From assembly GCA_009859145.1 (NCBI GenBank), contig VRVR01000028.1, forward strand, positions 36,438 through 100,437: a stretch of 64,000 bases of DNA, given 5' to 3'. The position numbers were made by a program, and so were the translations under genes. Under the pieces are notes generated by a model. It did not search any database. It worked only from the letters and a program-made list of their open reading frames with translations, and was not told the DNA's origin. This DNA comes from Andalucia godoyi And28 (lineage: Eukaryota; Protista; Jakobida). Numbering within the stretch: the stretch's first letter is position 1; every line of letters begins with the position of its first letter. Below are positions 53,768-64,000 of this stretch, piece after piece.

Positions 53768-55330
53768 TCAAGATTTCGGTTCACTCACAAGCAGCAGACA
53801 CTGCTTGTCCCACGCAGAAACCTTGACTAGCACAATTCCGCGCTCCAACAACTGTGAATGCGGAAGAAGTGAATCGTGTGGAAGCACGTCACACTGCGTA
53901 TCTCCGCACGAAAACAATCGATTCTGCGAATCTATGACATACGAACACTCGTCCCCACAGGCAACGGCGACTGCCGAAAGATGCGCTGCAGGACCACCAG
54001 CGGAAGCGTTGCTTTGCGAAACAACAAAGGACGGTCTGCCGCTGGGCGATTTTGTAGCAGCAGAATTCGAGGACGTCGCCGATGGGGAAGATGAGGCTGC
54101 TGGAATAAAAGGAGGACAAAATCCAAACTTGCAGTCCTCCTTTTCGGACAGAGAGTGTCGGCCCAGACGCCCGAACAGCGACCGCCCAGCCGAAAGCACT
54201 GACCCGTCGGCCATGCACACAAGCGAGTGTCGCTCACCGCAAGCAATGTCAACTACCGGCGGGACACCTGTCACTCCGAGAGGAATGTTGGCAGACGAAT
54301 AAACATAAGAGAGATTCAAGTACCCTGGTGTCCACTGCACAAGTCCGTTGCCCGTTCCAAGTCGGCCATCGCCCATTGATCCCCATACAAACAACCTTCC
54401 TGAGCTCGTGAACGCCAGAGCATGGTCCCTGCCGATTGCGATTTTTTCGATCTTTCGGTCGTCGGACGGAAAATGGATGTGAAGCGGGACAGGCTGCCGA
54501 GCGTCCGTTTCTTCCACGGAACACCCCAGTCCTCCAAACCTCGTACCCCAGATGTACGCCTCCCCGGTTGACGTGACAGCCGCCGACATCCGTCGAGAAG
54601 CCACAATCTGCACAATCTTCCCAGAATACAAGGGCTGCGGAGACGTGCTACCGTCTGCATTTTGATGAACAAAAAACGGAATCAGCACTGGAGACGGTCT
54701 TGACTGTAAATAGCCCAGCAGCAGGTCCGGATTGGTCGATGCGGCAGCAAGAACGGTTCCGGGCGCGCCTCCAAACCCTGTTCCCAGAAACCCGTATGTG
54801 TTCTCCCCCATTGCAAACACCCTTCCCCTGTTGGTAAGAAACAAGATCCATACCAGGCCGCATGCCACCTGGACAACTTTTTCTCGGCCAACTTCCTTTC
54901 CTCTCATCTTCGACTCCGTCTCCATGCTGCGTCCGTGATCTTCATCCTGCAGAAATGGAATACGCACTTTCTGAACTAATTTTTCCAGACGCTCGGATGA
55001 TGCGTGCGGTCCGCTATAAGGCATTATGTACGCCTCGCCATCCGTGTTGCACCACACCACAACCGACGAATTGCATGCACAATCCACAACGCCTGTAGCC
55101 GCAGCCGAATGAACATCGTGCGGAAGCCGCGAAAACTCGTGGTCGGAGGGATACCGCAGGAAGTACAGACGGTGCAGATGCGTGGGAATGCCCGCTCTGC
55201 CGTCCGAGTTTCCAGCCATGGTCCGTGCAGCTCGGGCAGCTGTGTAGATGCGGTATGGACCAGTACTTGTGCATACACAGGAGTCCGAACTCCAAGACAC
55301 TGCTGAAAACGACAAATACAGAACGGCCAT
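53768..55330 (-). CDS. RCC1-repeat protein
   Basis: VVQVACG..G.VFAMGENTYG.LG, IAIGRDHALA..G.LFVWG..GRLG, DIACGERHSL..G.VLSAG..GRLG. Confidence 0.93.
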   Translation of the reverse strand: MAVLYLSFSAVSWSSDSCVCTSTGPYRIYTAARAARTMAGNSDGRAGIPTHLHRLYFLRYPSDHEFSRLPHDVHSAAATGVVDCACNSSVVVWCNTDGEAYIMPYSGPHASSERLEKLVQKVRIPFLQDEDHGRSMETESKMRGKEVGREKVVQVACGLVWILFLTNRGRVFAMGENTYGFLGTGFGGAPGTVLAAASTNPDLLLGYLQSRPSPVLIPFFVHQNADGSTSPQPLYSGKIVQIVASRRMSAAVTSTGEAYIWGTRFGGLGCSVEETDARQPVPLHIHFPSDDRKIEKIAIGRDHALAFTSSGRLFVWGSMGDGRLGTGNGLVQWTPGYLNLSYVYSSANIPLGVTGVPPVVDIACGERHSLVCMADGSVLSAGRSLFGRLGRHSLSEKEDCKFGFCPPFIPAASSSPSATSSNSAATKSPSGRPSFVVSQSNASAGGPAAHLSAVAVACGDECSYVIDSQNRLFSCGDTQCDVLPHDSLLPHSQLLERGIVLVKVSAWDKQCLLLVSEPKS

Positions 55331-55584
55331 CGAGGATTGCTAGGGCAAATGGGGTGGCGGGGGTTTTTGGCGGAGATTTCTTCTCGATTTTTGGACTGTT
55401 TGATGTCCTTGACGTTTCTTGCGCTTGAAAAACCCCCCTAAGGGGAGTACCGTACGAACGTTGCGAAGAGTTGGAATGGTTTTTACGAAGTTCATTGAAC
55501 TGTTTTAGAGCTTGCAAAACGTACGCGGTCGTCACGAGGTGGCTGCAAAACACCTTGATGAGAACCGCCGACGCGCAAATCCCT

Positions 55585-55645
55585 GGCAATCCGAAGCATT
55601 CCCGATCCAAGTCTTTTTGAATGCTTCATCATAATGTATTGCTAC
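55585..55645 (-). promoter_or_regulatory. Eukaryotic SECIS element
   Basis: Minus strand: A-UGAU-GAAGCAUUC-AAAAAGACUUGGAUCGG-GAAUGCUUC-GGAU. Canonical UGAN/NGAN quartet, perfect 9-bp helix, unpaired AAA, about 130 nt after the GPx stop. Confidence 0.9.
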
Positions 55646-55759
55646 ATTCTTTCTTCATCTGACTCCTTTCCATTCCAATTCTACGTCTTTCTGAGCGGCG
55701 GTGCGGGAGTGCAGTGTCGGACGGCGTGGGGACACTGTCTCTCCCTGCACCTCAGCCTC

Positions 55760-56425
55760 TCAGCTCTGCAAGAGTTTCGTAATGTCCTGCAAAATGTCCT
55801 TTGGGTACACAGTGGGCGGATACCGCTTGTAGGGAACTCCCTTTCTGTCAATGAGGAACTTTGCAAAGTTCCACTCGACGTCCTTAGGGGATATGGGTCC
55901 CCACGAGATCATGGAGACATCTGCAAACATCGGGTCGCTTCCTGAAGTTGGGCATGCCGATTTCAAGAAGACATAGTGGGCAAGCGTCGATGCACCGTTC
56001 ACGTCTCCCCGGGCAAGCATGGTTCCATTAAGCACATATCCGCTTCCAGGGCGAACATACTTGAATGTATTCAAGATTTCATCGGAGGAAAATCCGGGCA
56101 TTTGTCGATAGAACTGGTTCGACGGAGTGGCAACGATTGCCAGCCCTTGTGAACCGTACGCCTCGGCAAGGGCGTTAAGCTGCAGCATATTGTCAACAGT
56201 CATTCCTCAGAACGAAGCAATGTTGAGCGCGAGAATTACTTTTCCCGAAAGCGACGAAAACGAAAATGCATTCCCGTTAATGTCCACTGCATTCATCGAG
56301 TATATGCTCGACGAACCGCTGCACAGCATCCCTGGATTGCTGCTCTGTGCAACCGATGCACTGATCAGCAGCATCACGACTGACAACGCAGCAAGCAACA
56401 GCGTGGACAACCGCGACATTCTCAC
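55760..56425 (-). CDS. GPX: Secreted selenocysteine glutathione peroxidase
   Basis: The two track ORFs are one frame: ..LNIASF-TGA(56209-56207)-GMT.. with TGA at the catalytic position. NQF..Q.PG, WNFAKFL, signal peptide, downstream SECIS. 221 aa. Confidence 0.96.
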
Positions 56426-56921
56426 AGTAGCCCCCTGAAAAAAATAGAGATAGATAACTGAATACTTTAATTTAAAAAAAAGAAAATTATTATTATTTCT
56501 ATTCTAAACGGAAATACCTAAGCGGAAAAACAAAAACCCACAGATTTCGAGATAACAATGAGGTCAACTCAACCTCTCTCCGGACGTTTGGCTCGCATAT
56601 GCTGCGCCTCAAGCACTTTTTTTTTTTTTACAGTCAGCATCAGCGCCCATCCAAAGAGTTCCCCGCTTTTGAGTGGTCTGCGCACCCCAGAACGGAAACG
56701 ACCTGTTTTTTCATTCAGAGCTCTCCACTAGTTCAATTAGTGCATTCGTTAGAAGCCGTTTGGATCTTAAAACCCAGGAAGAAACCGGGGATTTCAACGA
56801 GCTTCATTTACTGCCATTTCGCCTTTTTATCCACTTGTTCATTCTCTCTCTCGATCTTTCATTCTCTGTTTTCAGTCGAGCAGATATTGTATTGAGTTTG
56901 TTGATTGGCAATGTTGTGCGC

Positions 56922-56924
<3 letters not shown>

Positions 56925-56958
<34 letters not shown>
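56925..56958 (+). repeat. (AG)n microsatellite
   Basis: Read directly. Confidence 0.9.
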
Positions 56959-56962
<4 letters not shown>

Positions 56963-57256
56963 CGGTGGAGGAATCGGTTGTCTATATTCGACAGTGTCTC
57001 ATTGGGCGGCGAGAAGGATCAAGGATGGGAGGAGAAACGGGGGACCGCAGTTGGGAATGTCCATTCTTATTATTATTGTTGTTGTTTTTAAGTATACAGA
57101 CGACGACGAAAGAATTTTCGCGCAGAGTGAAGTTTGTACAAAGGAAGATAAAGAGGAACGTCGCGCGCACAGAAAGAACTTACCAGAGCCCCAGTGAGGA
57201 TTTGACGGGAGAGCCCGGGAGGGGAAAGGTGCGGAACCTATATACGCAATTCTCAG

Positions 57257-60200
57257 CTACCGGTCGACTCGTTTCTGTTGACGACCAGGAGTTGTGTTCC
57301 GCTTTGCACTCTCTGGGCGAGGAACTAGCTTTTCAACGCGTTGCCCATACGCTCGACGAACCTGCTCAAGAAGTCCGCAGATGACATCTCCGCGACCTTG
57401 CAGTACCTCGGCCTCGGACCACAGATAGTCCAGGGGCATGTTTTTGCGCGAGCGCAGAACCTCCAGCGCCTTGCGAATGTTGTGCAGACAAGCAGCGTTC
57501 GACTTTGGATTCTCCGTCAGCCCCTGCAGCGGCTCGTGCTCGAGGTATCCAACAAGCTTGCAAAGTATGAGTCCGTTTCGGAACTCTGGCACCACGGCAC
57601 CCTCCAACACAAATGGATTCGACAGTCCGATGCCGATGGATGCGAGCCATTTACCCAAAAGATAGCCTGTGCTTGGGGTACCGTTGGAACCGCTCTGCAT
57701 GTTTGAAAATCCGGAATCGCCGTGTGGACCGCCAAAACTTGACGGATGCTGCTCCATTCCAGTAGAATTCTTCATTGGTTCCAGGAAAGGCTCTGCGTTC
57801 ACAAATGCTCGGGCGTTGTTGGAAGAGGTGAAGAACGGGTCTGGCGCAACGAGCTGACGATCAATCCCCATCAGGCGAGCAGGGTTCGGGATGTGCGGTT
57901 TGAGCTCGGTTGGTGGTGCCGTCACTGTATGAGCCGTGACTAGATTCTGAGGAGGGATGTGCTCTTGCTTGCCGAGAGTTTCGTGGTCGGGATCGGACTT
58001 CCACATGTCCTCCAACAGACTCAAAATAACTGTTCGATCGCCCTGGTAAACCTCCTTCTCCGCGTGGAGGTTTCGGATTGGCATACCTTTCACTCCCATC
58101 AGCGCCTTCATCGCACGACGAATGTTGGACAAGCACGTGGCTTCAACTCGAGGCTGCGCAAACACGCCTGTCAAACGGTTTCGTGTCATTTTCTCCACAA
58201 TTTCGCAAAGCAAGGTTCCATTCTGAATCGCCGGTAGAATGGGCTCCACGGAGTCCAGTCTACTGTACTGCGCAAGGCATCCCATGCTCACCATCCACTC
58301 GATCAACGACCGCTCAAGCTCCTTCTTTGCATCAATCGTCGTATCCGATTTCGGCGGGAAGCTTCGCAAAATGTGGTGAATGAGACTGTACATGTGGGAA
58401 TCGGACCCACGGATCAGCGACTCAACGTCCCAAACCAAATCCGTCGGAATGTGCGTTCTCGAGCGCAGGATAGAAAGGACACGTTCAAAATTCGTCCGAA
58501 CAGACGAAAGAGTTCGGGGATGGCGGAAAACGGGTTTCGCACTCTCGTCATTCGTCAAAAGATGCACAAGATCCCCGAGAAGGATTCCGTTTCTGAATGG
58601 ATCATTCCAAATGGATTCATCCTTCTTATCCAGGATTGTAAATCCGAGCGTTTTAAGACTCCGCTGGACAGATAACATGAGCTGGGGAAGGTCCTTTTCA
58701 TCCCAAGACCAACGACCTGGTGCTGACCCTGTGGCGGATGAGTGCACAGTGGATTTGTCATTTGCAAAGCCTCCTCCGCCCCCAATGGAAGAACCTGAAG
58801 AAACGTACTGCTGCTGCAAGGCCATGATCCCGGATGCCGCAACCGACGCTGGCGTCTGCCCTTCCGCGATCACAATGTCCATCGCTTGTGCACGTCGTTC
58901 AAGCTGGAGAATGGATTTCTTCCCGGTTAGCTTATGGAACAGCGGCTGCTTGTACTCCTTTCGAACATCTTCCAGCAATCCGAAAACAACTTCAGCATTT
59001 CCATCTAGAATCTGATCAGCACTAAACAAATACCGCGGAGACATGTGTTTGCGACTACGAAATGCATTGAGTGCGCGGTTAATGTTTGCCATTTTGTGCG
59101 CAAGCTGAACGACGTTTCTGTGGACACCGGACAGCTCCTGTCCTTCAAGAACAGACGCTAAATCGCACAGCACAAGACCATCTTTCATAGATTGCAAGAA
59201 GGTTGTTAGGTCAATCGATGACGATATCCCCGGAATGTTCACCCCGCAGGCAAGAATCCATTCCACAAGAGACGATTGCTGAGCGCTCAGCGGCATTGGT
59301 TTGGACGGAACCGCGGTACCACCAACTCCGGATGATGCATCAAACATGAGCTGTTTCTTGGCGGAATGAGGAGGATGCCTCGATCCAAGCTTGGAAGGTG
59401 ATCGCCTGGACCGAGTTTGCGAATTGAGCATATCGGAGTATCTTTTTCCATCCGAACTGCGGGCTGGTGCCTGCCGCGCAGCAGAAGCTGGAGTCTTCTT
59501 TGTCGACGAAGAGAGGGTTCTGATTGGTTTAGAAAGAGCCGACACCCCCTCTGTCAACGATGACTTTTTCGAAATCGAAAATCGTGCGGTTTCTCGCTGA
59601 TGCTGTGCTGCCGATCCTGGTGTTTTCCCAAGAGCGGAGGCGGAGGAGGACGGCGTGGAGTGTGGGCGCTTCCGCAGGCTCATTACGGGAGTCGTCGTCG
59701 CAGCTGGTCGATTGACCGAGAATCCGCTGTTGGCCATCCATGCCGATGATGAGGATGCTGAGGATGCCGCGAGCACATGTCCTTTTGGAGTGGCGAAACC
59801 GCCGGTGAAAGATCCGCCAAGCCCCGGTGTGCCAGCGACAGCCGCAGATCTTGGTGTCTGAGAACGCTGCTTCACAGAAGGCGACGGAGAAAGCATGGAT
59901 TTTCGAGACCGCAACCCGGGACCTGGGGAACGATGCCGTTGATCTCCGGTCGCTGCTCCTTTTTGCCTGGATTCCGCTCGCTCTCTCTCTGCATCACCTC
60001 TGTTCGATAACGCGCTTGCTGGGCGAGAAGTTTGCCGATCGTCTGCACCCTGTTTCCTGGATGGATCAGCAGCCTGTGACGGCCCAAAATGATGCGGATG
60101 TGGATGTGTTGGTGCTGGTGCTGGTGCTGAAGCCGCAGCAAGATGTGGAGTACCTGAAGAGAGGACCGGCTCTGCGGGTCTTGGTCCCTGACTTAGCACA

Positions 60201-60553
60201 AACCGGATGTATGCAATGATAAATTTGATGGCTGATGCATTTCCGCTAACGACTCTCGATGACAGCTCCTTGTCCAGCAGCGTCCGTGGAACAGACCCGA
60301 GCTTCGGATTTTCATCAACCAACGTCCGCAGCATCTGAACCGAAAGAATGATCTTTTGCTGTGCCGACAGCGTTGGATGAATCATCTTTGATGCAGCTAC
60401 TGATCTTGTCTTCTGCGCTGTGTATTGCACAAGATCCGCAATGACAGACCCATCTGTCAGATCCGAAAGATCAGAGACAATCAAACACGAAGGAATCGTA
60501 AGCGTATTAAGCCAGCAAACCAACAGCTCTTCGTTTAGTAGCGATGACGACAT
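57257..60553 (-). CDS. Protein with about five calponin-homology-like domains
   Basis: Five units of type W(L/I)..  / DG or NG..L..L(V/A) / NI..AL..(L/F)R / A..(I/V)..G....(I/V)..LL. A Ser/Pro/basic linker follows unit 1. Likely start MSSSLL at 60553. Confidence 0.85.
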   Translation of the reverse strand: MSSSLLNEELLVCWLNTLTIPSCLIVSDLSDLTDGSVIADLVQYTAQKTRSVAASKMIHPTLSAQQKIILSVQMLRTLVDENPKLGSVPRTLLDKELSSRVVSGNASAIKFIIAYIRFVLSQGPRPAEPVLSSGTPHLAAASAPAPAPTHPHPHHFGPSQAADPSRKQGADDRQTSRPASALSNRGDAERERAESRQKGAATGDQRHRSPGPGLRSRKSMLSPSPSVKQRSQTPRSAAVAGTPGLGGSFTGGFATPKGHVLAASSASSSSAWMANSGFSVNRPAATTTPVMSLRKRPHSTPSSSASALGKTPGSAAQHQRETARFSISKKSSLTEGVSALSKPIRTLSSSTKKTPASAARQAPARSSDGKRYSDMLNSQTRSRRSPSKLGSRHPPHSAKKQLMFDASSGVGGTAVPSKPMPLSAQQSSLVEWILACGVNIPGISSSIDLTTFLQSMKDGLVLCDLASVLEGQELSGVHRNVVQLAHKMANINRALNAFRSRKHMSPRYLFSADQILDGNAEVVFGLLEDVRKEYKQPLFHKLTGKKSILQLERRAQAMDIVIAEGQTPASVAASGIMALQQQYVSSGSSIGGGGGFANDKSTVHSSATGSAPGRWSWDEKDLPQLMLSVQRSLKTLGFTILDKKDESIWNDPFRNGILLGDLVHLLTNDESAKPVFRHPRTLSSVRTNFERVLSILRSRTHIPTDLVWDVESLIRGSDSHMYSLIHHILRSFPPKSDTTIDAKKELERSLIEWMVSMGCLAQYSRLDSVEPILPAIQNGTLLCEIVEKMTRNRLTGVFAQPRVEATCLSNIRRAMKALMGVKGMPIRNLHAEKEVYQGDRTVILSLLEDMWKSDPDHETLGKQEHIPPQNLVTAHTVTAPPTELKPHIPNPARLMGIDRQLVAPDPFFTSSNNARAFVNAEPFLEPMKNSTGMEQHPSSFGGPHGDSGFSNMQSGSNGTPSTGYLLGKWLASIGIGLSNPFVLEGAVVPEFRNGLILCKLVGYLEHEPLQGLTENPKSNAACLHNIRKALEVLRSRKNMPLDYLWSEAEVLQGRGDVICGLLEQVRRAYGQRVEKLVPRPESAKRNTTPGRQQKRVDR

Positions 60554-61095
60554 GCTCTCTCCCCACAGTATCCAACAAATTGTAGAACCAATCCGCAGTT
60601 GCACCAAAATATAACAATTGCAGAGAAAAGGCAGCCACTACAGATGGGTCTGAATCTCTCTGTTCTTATAATTAGATGATAGTCTCGTATAATGCGGGTT
60701 ACGAAATATATATAACAACAAGTCTGCAAAAGATTATACACGAAATTTTTGTCAGAGCTGTCAGCGGGAAACCCCATGCATTTTTCACGAAGGACTGCAG
60801 AAGAAACAACAACAATATGAACGTTAAGGTGTGAGCAAGAACTGTCAGAGTCATTCTCCGCTGACAAGTCGAAGACATTCCCCAAATGTCAGTGTTTCCC
60901 GCCTTGACGGAACACAGAATTGAAATTTACGGTTTTTTTGTGGGGTTTGTTATGTGGGTTTTGTTGGCTTTTTCATTGCAATATATTTAATCACGTTTTT
61001 TTGAGTTTCCACTTTATTTGGTTTTGGCGTTTAGAACTGAGTTCTCCTGCTTTGCTATTGGAATCGGTGGTGGTCGGTTTTTTATTGGAGAATCC

Positions 61096-63522
61096 ATGGC
61101 GTCTGGCGTAACTCATACTCAGCTGGACGTGCTTAAAGAGAGGCTTACGGGACTCGGATACGCTGTGGCTGGTCTGAGTCCGCAGAGCTACTACCTTGTG
61201 GACAGACTGCTGAATGATCTTTCGTCGCTTTCCCAGGAGTATGGGGCTCTAAAAGGCAGCCACGGGTCTCTCTCCACCAAATTTGAAAACACGGAATCCA
61301 TTTTGGCTCCGCTGAAGAAGGAAATCGCGAGGAAACTGCGCGAAAATGGGAATCTTCATGCACAGATTATCAAAGAACGTGAGGATTTTGATGCGCAGAG
61401 CCGGTCTCTACAACTCTCTGTTAGGAATCTGGAGTCTGAGGTTTCGAAATTGAAGTTCGATAATGTGCAACTCGCTCACAAAAACAAGGCGCTTGAGGTG
61501 GAGAACCAGAGTTTGAAGGACAAAGTCGTGAAGAATGATCGTCGAAGCTTTATCGACATTACACATACGGTTAGTAGCCAGGCTGCAAATGGAAAGGCAA
61601 GGGCTCTTCCTGTTGAGTACCCGGATGTTGTGCAGGTTGATCTCGTCAAAATGGCGGATGCTCAAATCGAACGTCTGCAGAGCCGCACTGTTGCTCTAGA
61701 GAAGCAGTTGGAAGAAGCCAATCAGGGTCTTGAACTCGAGAAGAACAAGACCGAGGTTCGCGACCAGGAGATCTCGAGGCTGCAGGCGATGCTTCAGGAG
61801 CTTCCTTTCTCCACCAACTATGCGGTCAAGTCGAAATCGACAGATGAGTGGCTTGACCAGGTCGAGCACTTGCATTCGCAACTTGCTGCGGTTTCGGAAG
61901 AGAAGAAACGGGTCGAGACGGAGAATACGAGAATTCTCCGCGAATTGCACATGCTCAAATTGACCGTTTCTGATTTCGAAGTCGAGCGGGCACAACTTCA
62001 AAATAAGGAAACTGCTTTCGTAAGCAAGGTCTCGCAGCTGTCGGAGGCAAATAAGGAGAACGAGAATGAAAGGGCAGAGCACGAAGCAAAAGAAAAGGAG
62101 CTGCAACGACAATTGAAGCAGTTGCGAAAGTACAACGGCGATCTCGAGAGAAGGCTCAAGAATGCAGAACACAATAAGCAGGCGGAGTTGGACGCAGTGC
62201 AGATGCATATGGAAAATCAAATGAGCCAGTTGCAGGAGCTGATGGCGGCTTCTGAAGAAGAGCTGACTCAAACAAGACTGCAATTGAGAGATTGCGAAGA
62301 TAAACTGGAGAATATGCAGGTCGCCGAACTCGAGAGAGCGCCAGTCGCGGTCGCAAATGCTTCAGTGAACACGACGCCGGTTCGCATTGTCGATCGAAGT
62401 GTGGCGCAGTGGAAGGATTGCGCAACGCAAACAGTTGTTTTCCAGAACTCACAGCCATCGCCGCAGTCTCCTCCTTTGCAAGCCGTGGCAGGACCGTCCG
62501 CTCATGATGTTTCTACGCAAATGCAGTCGACCATTCGGAGGATGGACGCTGAACTGGATCAGCTTCGAGGAATGCTAGATTCTCGTGCAGAGGAAGTGGC
62601 TGCTTTGAACAAGGCACTTTCCAGCAAGCAGGAAGAAGCGAGAAGTTTGGAGTTCATGATTTCGCAGCTGGAGGATCGATTGCGTGACGAGGTGAATGAA
62701 AAAAGCAAGATTGTCTCGCAGATTGAAAGTGAAAAGCACAAAGTGGACCAGACGAGTTCCGAATCAATGCTGCTGAGGCACGAGAATGCGAAGCTTCAAA
62801 AGGAACTTGGTCGGGCTGTCGATGATGTTCAGAGACTGCAACGCGAATGCCAGGTGCAGCATGAGCACTTGCAACGTCTGCTAGCACAGGAGAGTGTTAT
62901 GCGCGCGGAGATCAGAGACCTGACTGACGAAAAGATACGGCTCCGACAGGATCTCGACAAGAGCCAGATGGAGTGGAAAGATTTGATCGCACAGCAGAAG
63001 ATGCTGAGCAATTCTGCCTCCGGTCTCAAAGCAGAAAAGGATGCGCTGGAGCGTGCAATCCAGGCGATGAGGGAAGGCATGCTATCTCTGGAGCAAGAGA
63101 ATAGTACGTTGAAAGAGCGGTTCAAGATTGCAGAATCGGACGCACTGCGGTTCTTGCGAGACGTGAAGGACTATGAGATGCAGTGCCAGACGCTTGCGCG
63201 AGCCTGTGAGAGCTTGTCGCGCAAGTTGCAGGATCGTGAATCCGACGTTAGTAAGGTCAAAGAACAGGAACGAAACGCCAAGTTGAATCTGGGCACCGCT
63301 CTGGATCGTACAAATCAAGTACTCCGCGAGCTTGGTGTGTTGCAAGTCGAGTGTGAAGGATGGAAAAAACGCGTTGCAGAAAGCGCCAAGGAAAAGCAAG
63401 ATCTCGAAAACCTTGTGCGACATGAGCAGGGTCGTGCGGAGGAGCTCGAGCGAGTCGTTGAATATTTGCGAGGGCGTGAATACGAACTGTCGCGGCAGGT
63501 CCAAAGTTCGTCGTCGTCATGA
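61096..63522 (+). CDS. CEP135: Centriole protein CEP135/Bld10-like
   Basis: N-terminus LKERLTGLGY..LVDRLLNDL..PLKKEIARKLRENGNLHAQII matches the CEP135 signature; the rest is coiled coil; 808 aa. Confidence 0.85.
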   Translation: MASGVTHTQLDVLKERLTGLGYAVAGLSPQSYYLVDRLLNDLSSLSQEYGALKGSHGSLSTKFENTESILAPLKKEIARKLRENGNLHAQIIKEREDFDAQSRSLQLSVRNLESEVSKLKFDNVQLAHKNKALEVENQSLKDKVVKNDRRSFIDITHTVSSQAANGKARALPVEYPDVVQVDLVKMADAQIERLQSRTVALEKQLEEANQGLELEKNKTEVRDQEISRLQAMLQELPFSTNYAVKSKSTDEWLDQVEHLHSQLAAVSEEKKRVETENTRILRELHMLKLTVSDFEVERAQLQNKETAFVSKVSQLSEANKENENERAEHEAKEKELQRQLKQLRKYNGDLERRLKNAEHNKQAELDAVQMHMENQMSQLQELMAASEEELTQTRLQLRDCEDKLENMQVAELERAPVAVANASVNTTPVRIVDRSVAQWKDCATQTVVFQNSQPSPQSPPLQAVAGPSAHDVSTQMQSTIRRMDAELDQLRGMLDSRAEEVAALNKALSSKQEEARSLEFMISQLEDRLRDEVNEKSKIVSQIESEKHKVDQTSSESMLLRHENAKLQKELGRAVDDVQRLQRECQVQHEHLQRLLAQESVMRAEIRDLTDEKIRLRQDLDKSQMEWKDLIAQQKMLSNSASGLKAEKDALERAIQAMREGMLSLEQENSTLKERFKIAESDALRFLRDVKDYEMQCQTLARACESLSRKLQDRESDVSKVKEQERNAKLNLGTALDRTNQVLRELGVLQVECEGWKKRVAESAKEKQDLENLVRHEQGRAEELERVVEYLRGREYELSRQVQSSSSS

Positions 63523-63663
63523 GCGGCTCACACGCAAGAACCCAATCCCCACCATCACCGTCCCTCCTCCAAAACAAAAACAAAAACAAAACGAAAAAAA
63601 AAGACAGTAACAAGAACAATTCGTTCACATGGAAGAAAATTTATTCTGTACAATTTCCCCGAA

Positions 63664-63999
63664 CTACTTCTTCTTCTTGCCACCTTTTCCCTTTCCACCC
63701 TTTCCTTTGGACTTTGATTTGGCACCGAACGCAGCAAATCCAGCATACACCTCTTTGGGAAGCGTTTCTGACACTTGAATCGATCTCCACCCGCTGTTAG
63801 CAACGGTGTGCTTCTTGCAGGATTCCAGAAGTGCTGTAGCTGCTTCGGCAGGAAGCTCGTTGTACGCAAGATCCAAGACCTCGAGCGATTGGTTACGTTC
63901 CACGGCTCGTCCGAGAGCTTCGATGCCTGCAGAATCATGGCCCACAAGCGTGTCCTTCAGCAAGAGCTCGACAATCGTAGTATTTCGTGAGAGTCCATC
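63664..63999 (-). CDS. RNI-like leucine-rich-repeat protein, 3' end only
   Basis: DGLSRNTTIVELLL..ALGRAVERNQSLEVLDLAYNEL, ending KGKGGKKKK; frame open to the window edge. Confidence 0.8.
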   Translation of the reverse strand, partial: DGLSRNTTIVELLLKDTLVGHDSAGIEALGRAVERNQSLEVLDLAYNELPAEAATALLESCKKHTVANSGWRSIQVSETLPKEVYAGFAAFGAKSKSKGKGGKGKGGKKKK

Positions 64000-64000
64000 A

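Overview
Compact, intron-poor eukaryotic nuclear DNA in the standard genetic code. CEP135, MIA40, RPL29 with a GT-AG intron, a cAMP-receptor-like GPCR and a REJ/GPS polycystin-like gene point to a free-living flagellated protist; the species cannot be fixed from this window. About 25 coding loci are separated by short, microsatellite-rich spacers. No tRNA, rRNA, CRISPR array or intact transposase was recognised. Main observations: (1) a secreted glutathione peroxidase that the ORF track splits at an in-frame TGA, with a canonical SECIS in its 3' UTR, i.e. a selenoprotein. (2) A dispersed element of about 350-600 nt present three times (12860-13240 minus, 19440-19790 plus, 45910-46460 plus). 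Each copy is co-oriented with, and just upstream of, an unrelated gene, and the longest carries decayed M28-peptidase motifs. (3) Unusual fusions: Myb-Myb + MCRS1-like + RAWUL, and DUF218 + degenerate histidine phosphatase + possible 2H domain. (4) Probable pseudo-enzymes (Ste24 with HExxS, TPP with DYEG). (5) Decayed genes: a 7.6 kb polycystin-like gene broken 7-8 times and an RNF216-like relic. (6) Short uncharacterised motifs shared between neighbouring low-complexity proteins. All assignments come from reading motifs by eye; no database searches were run.
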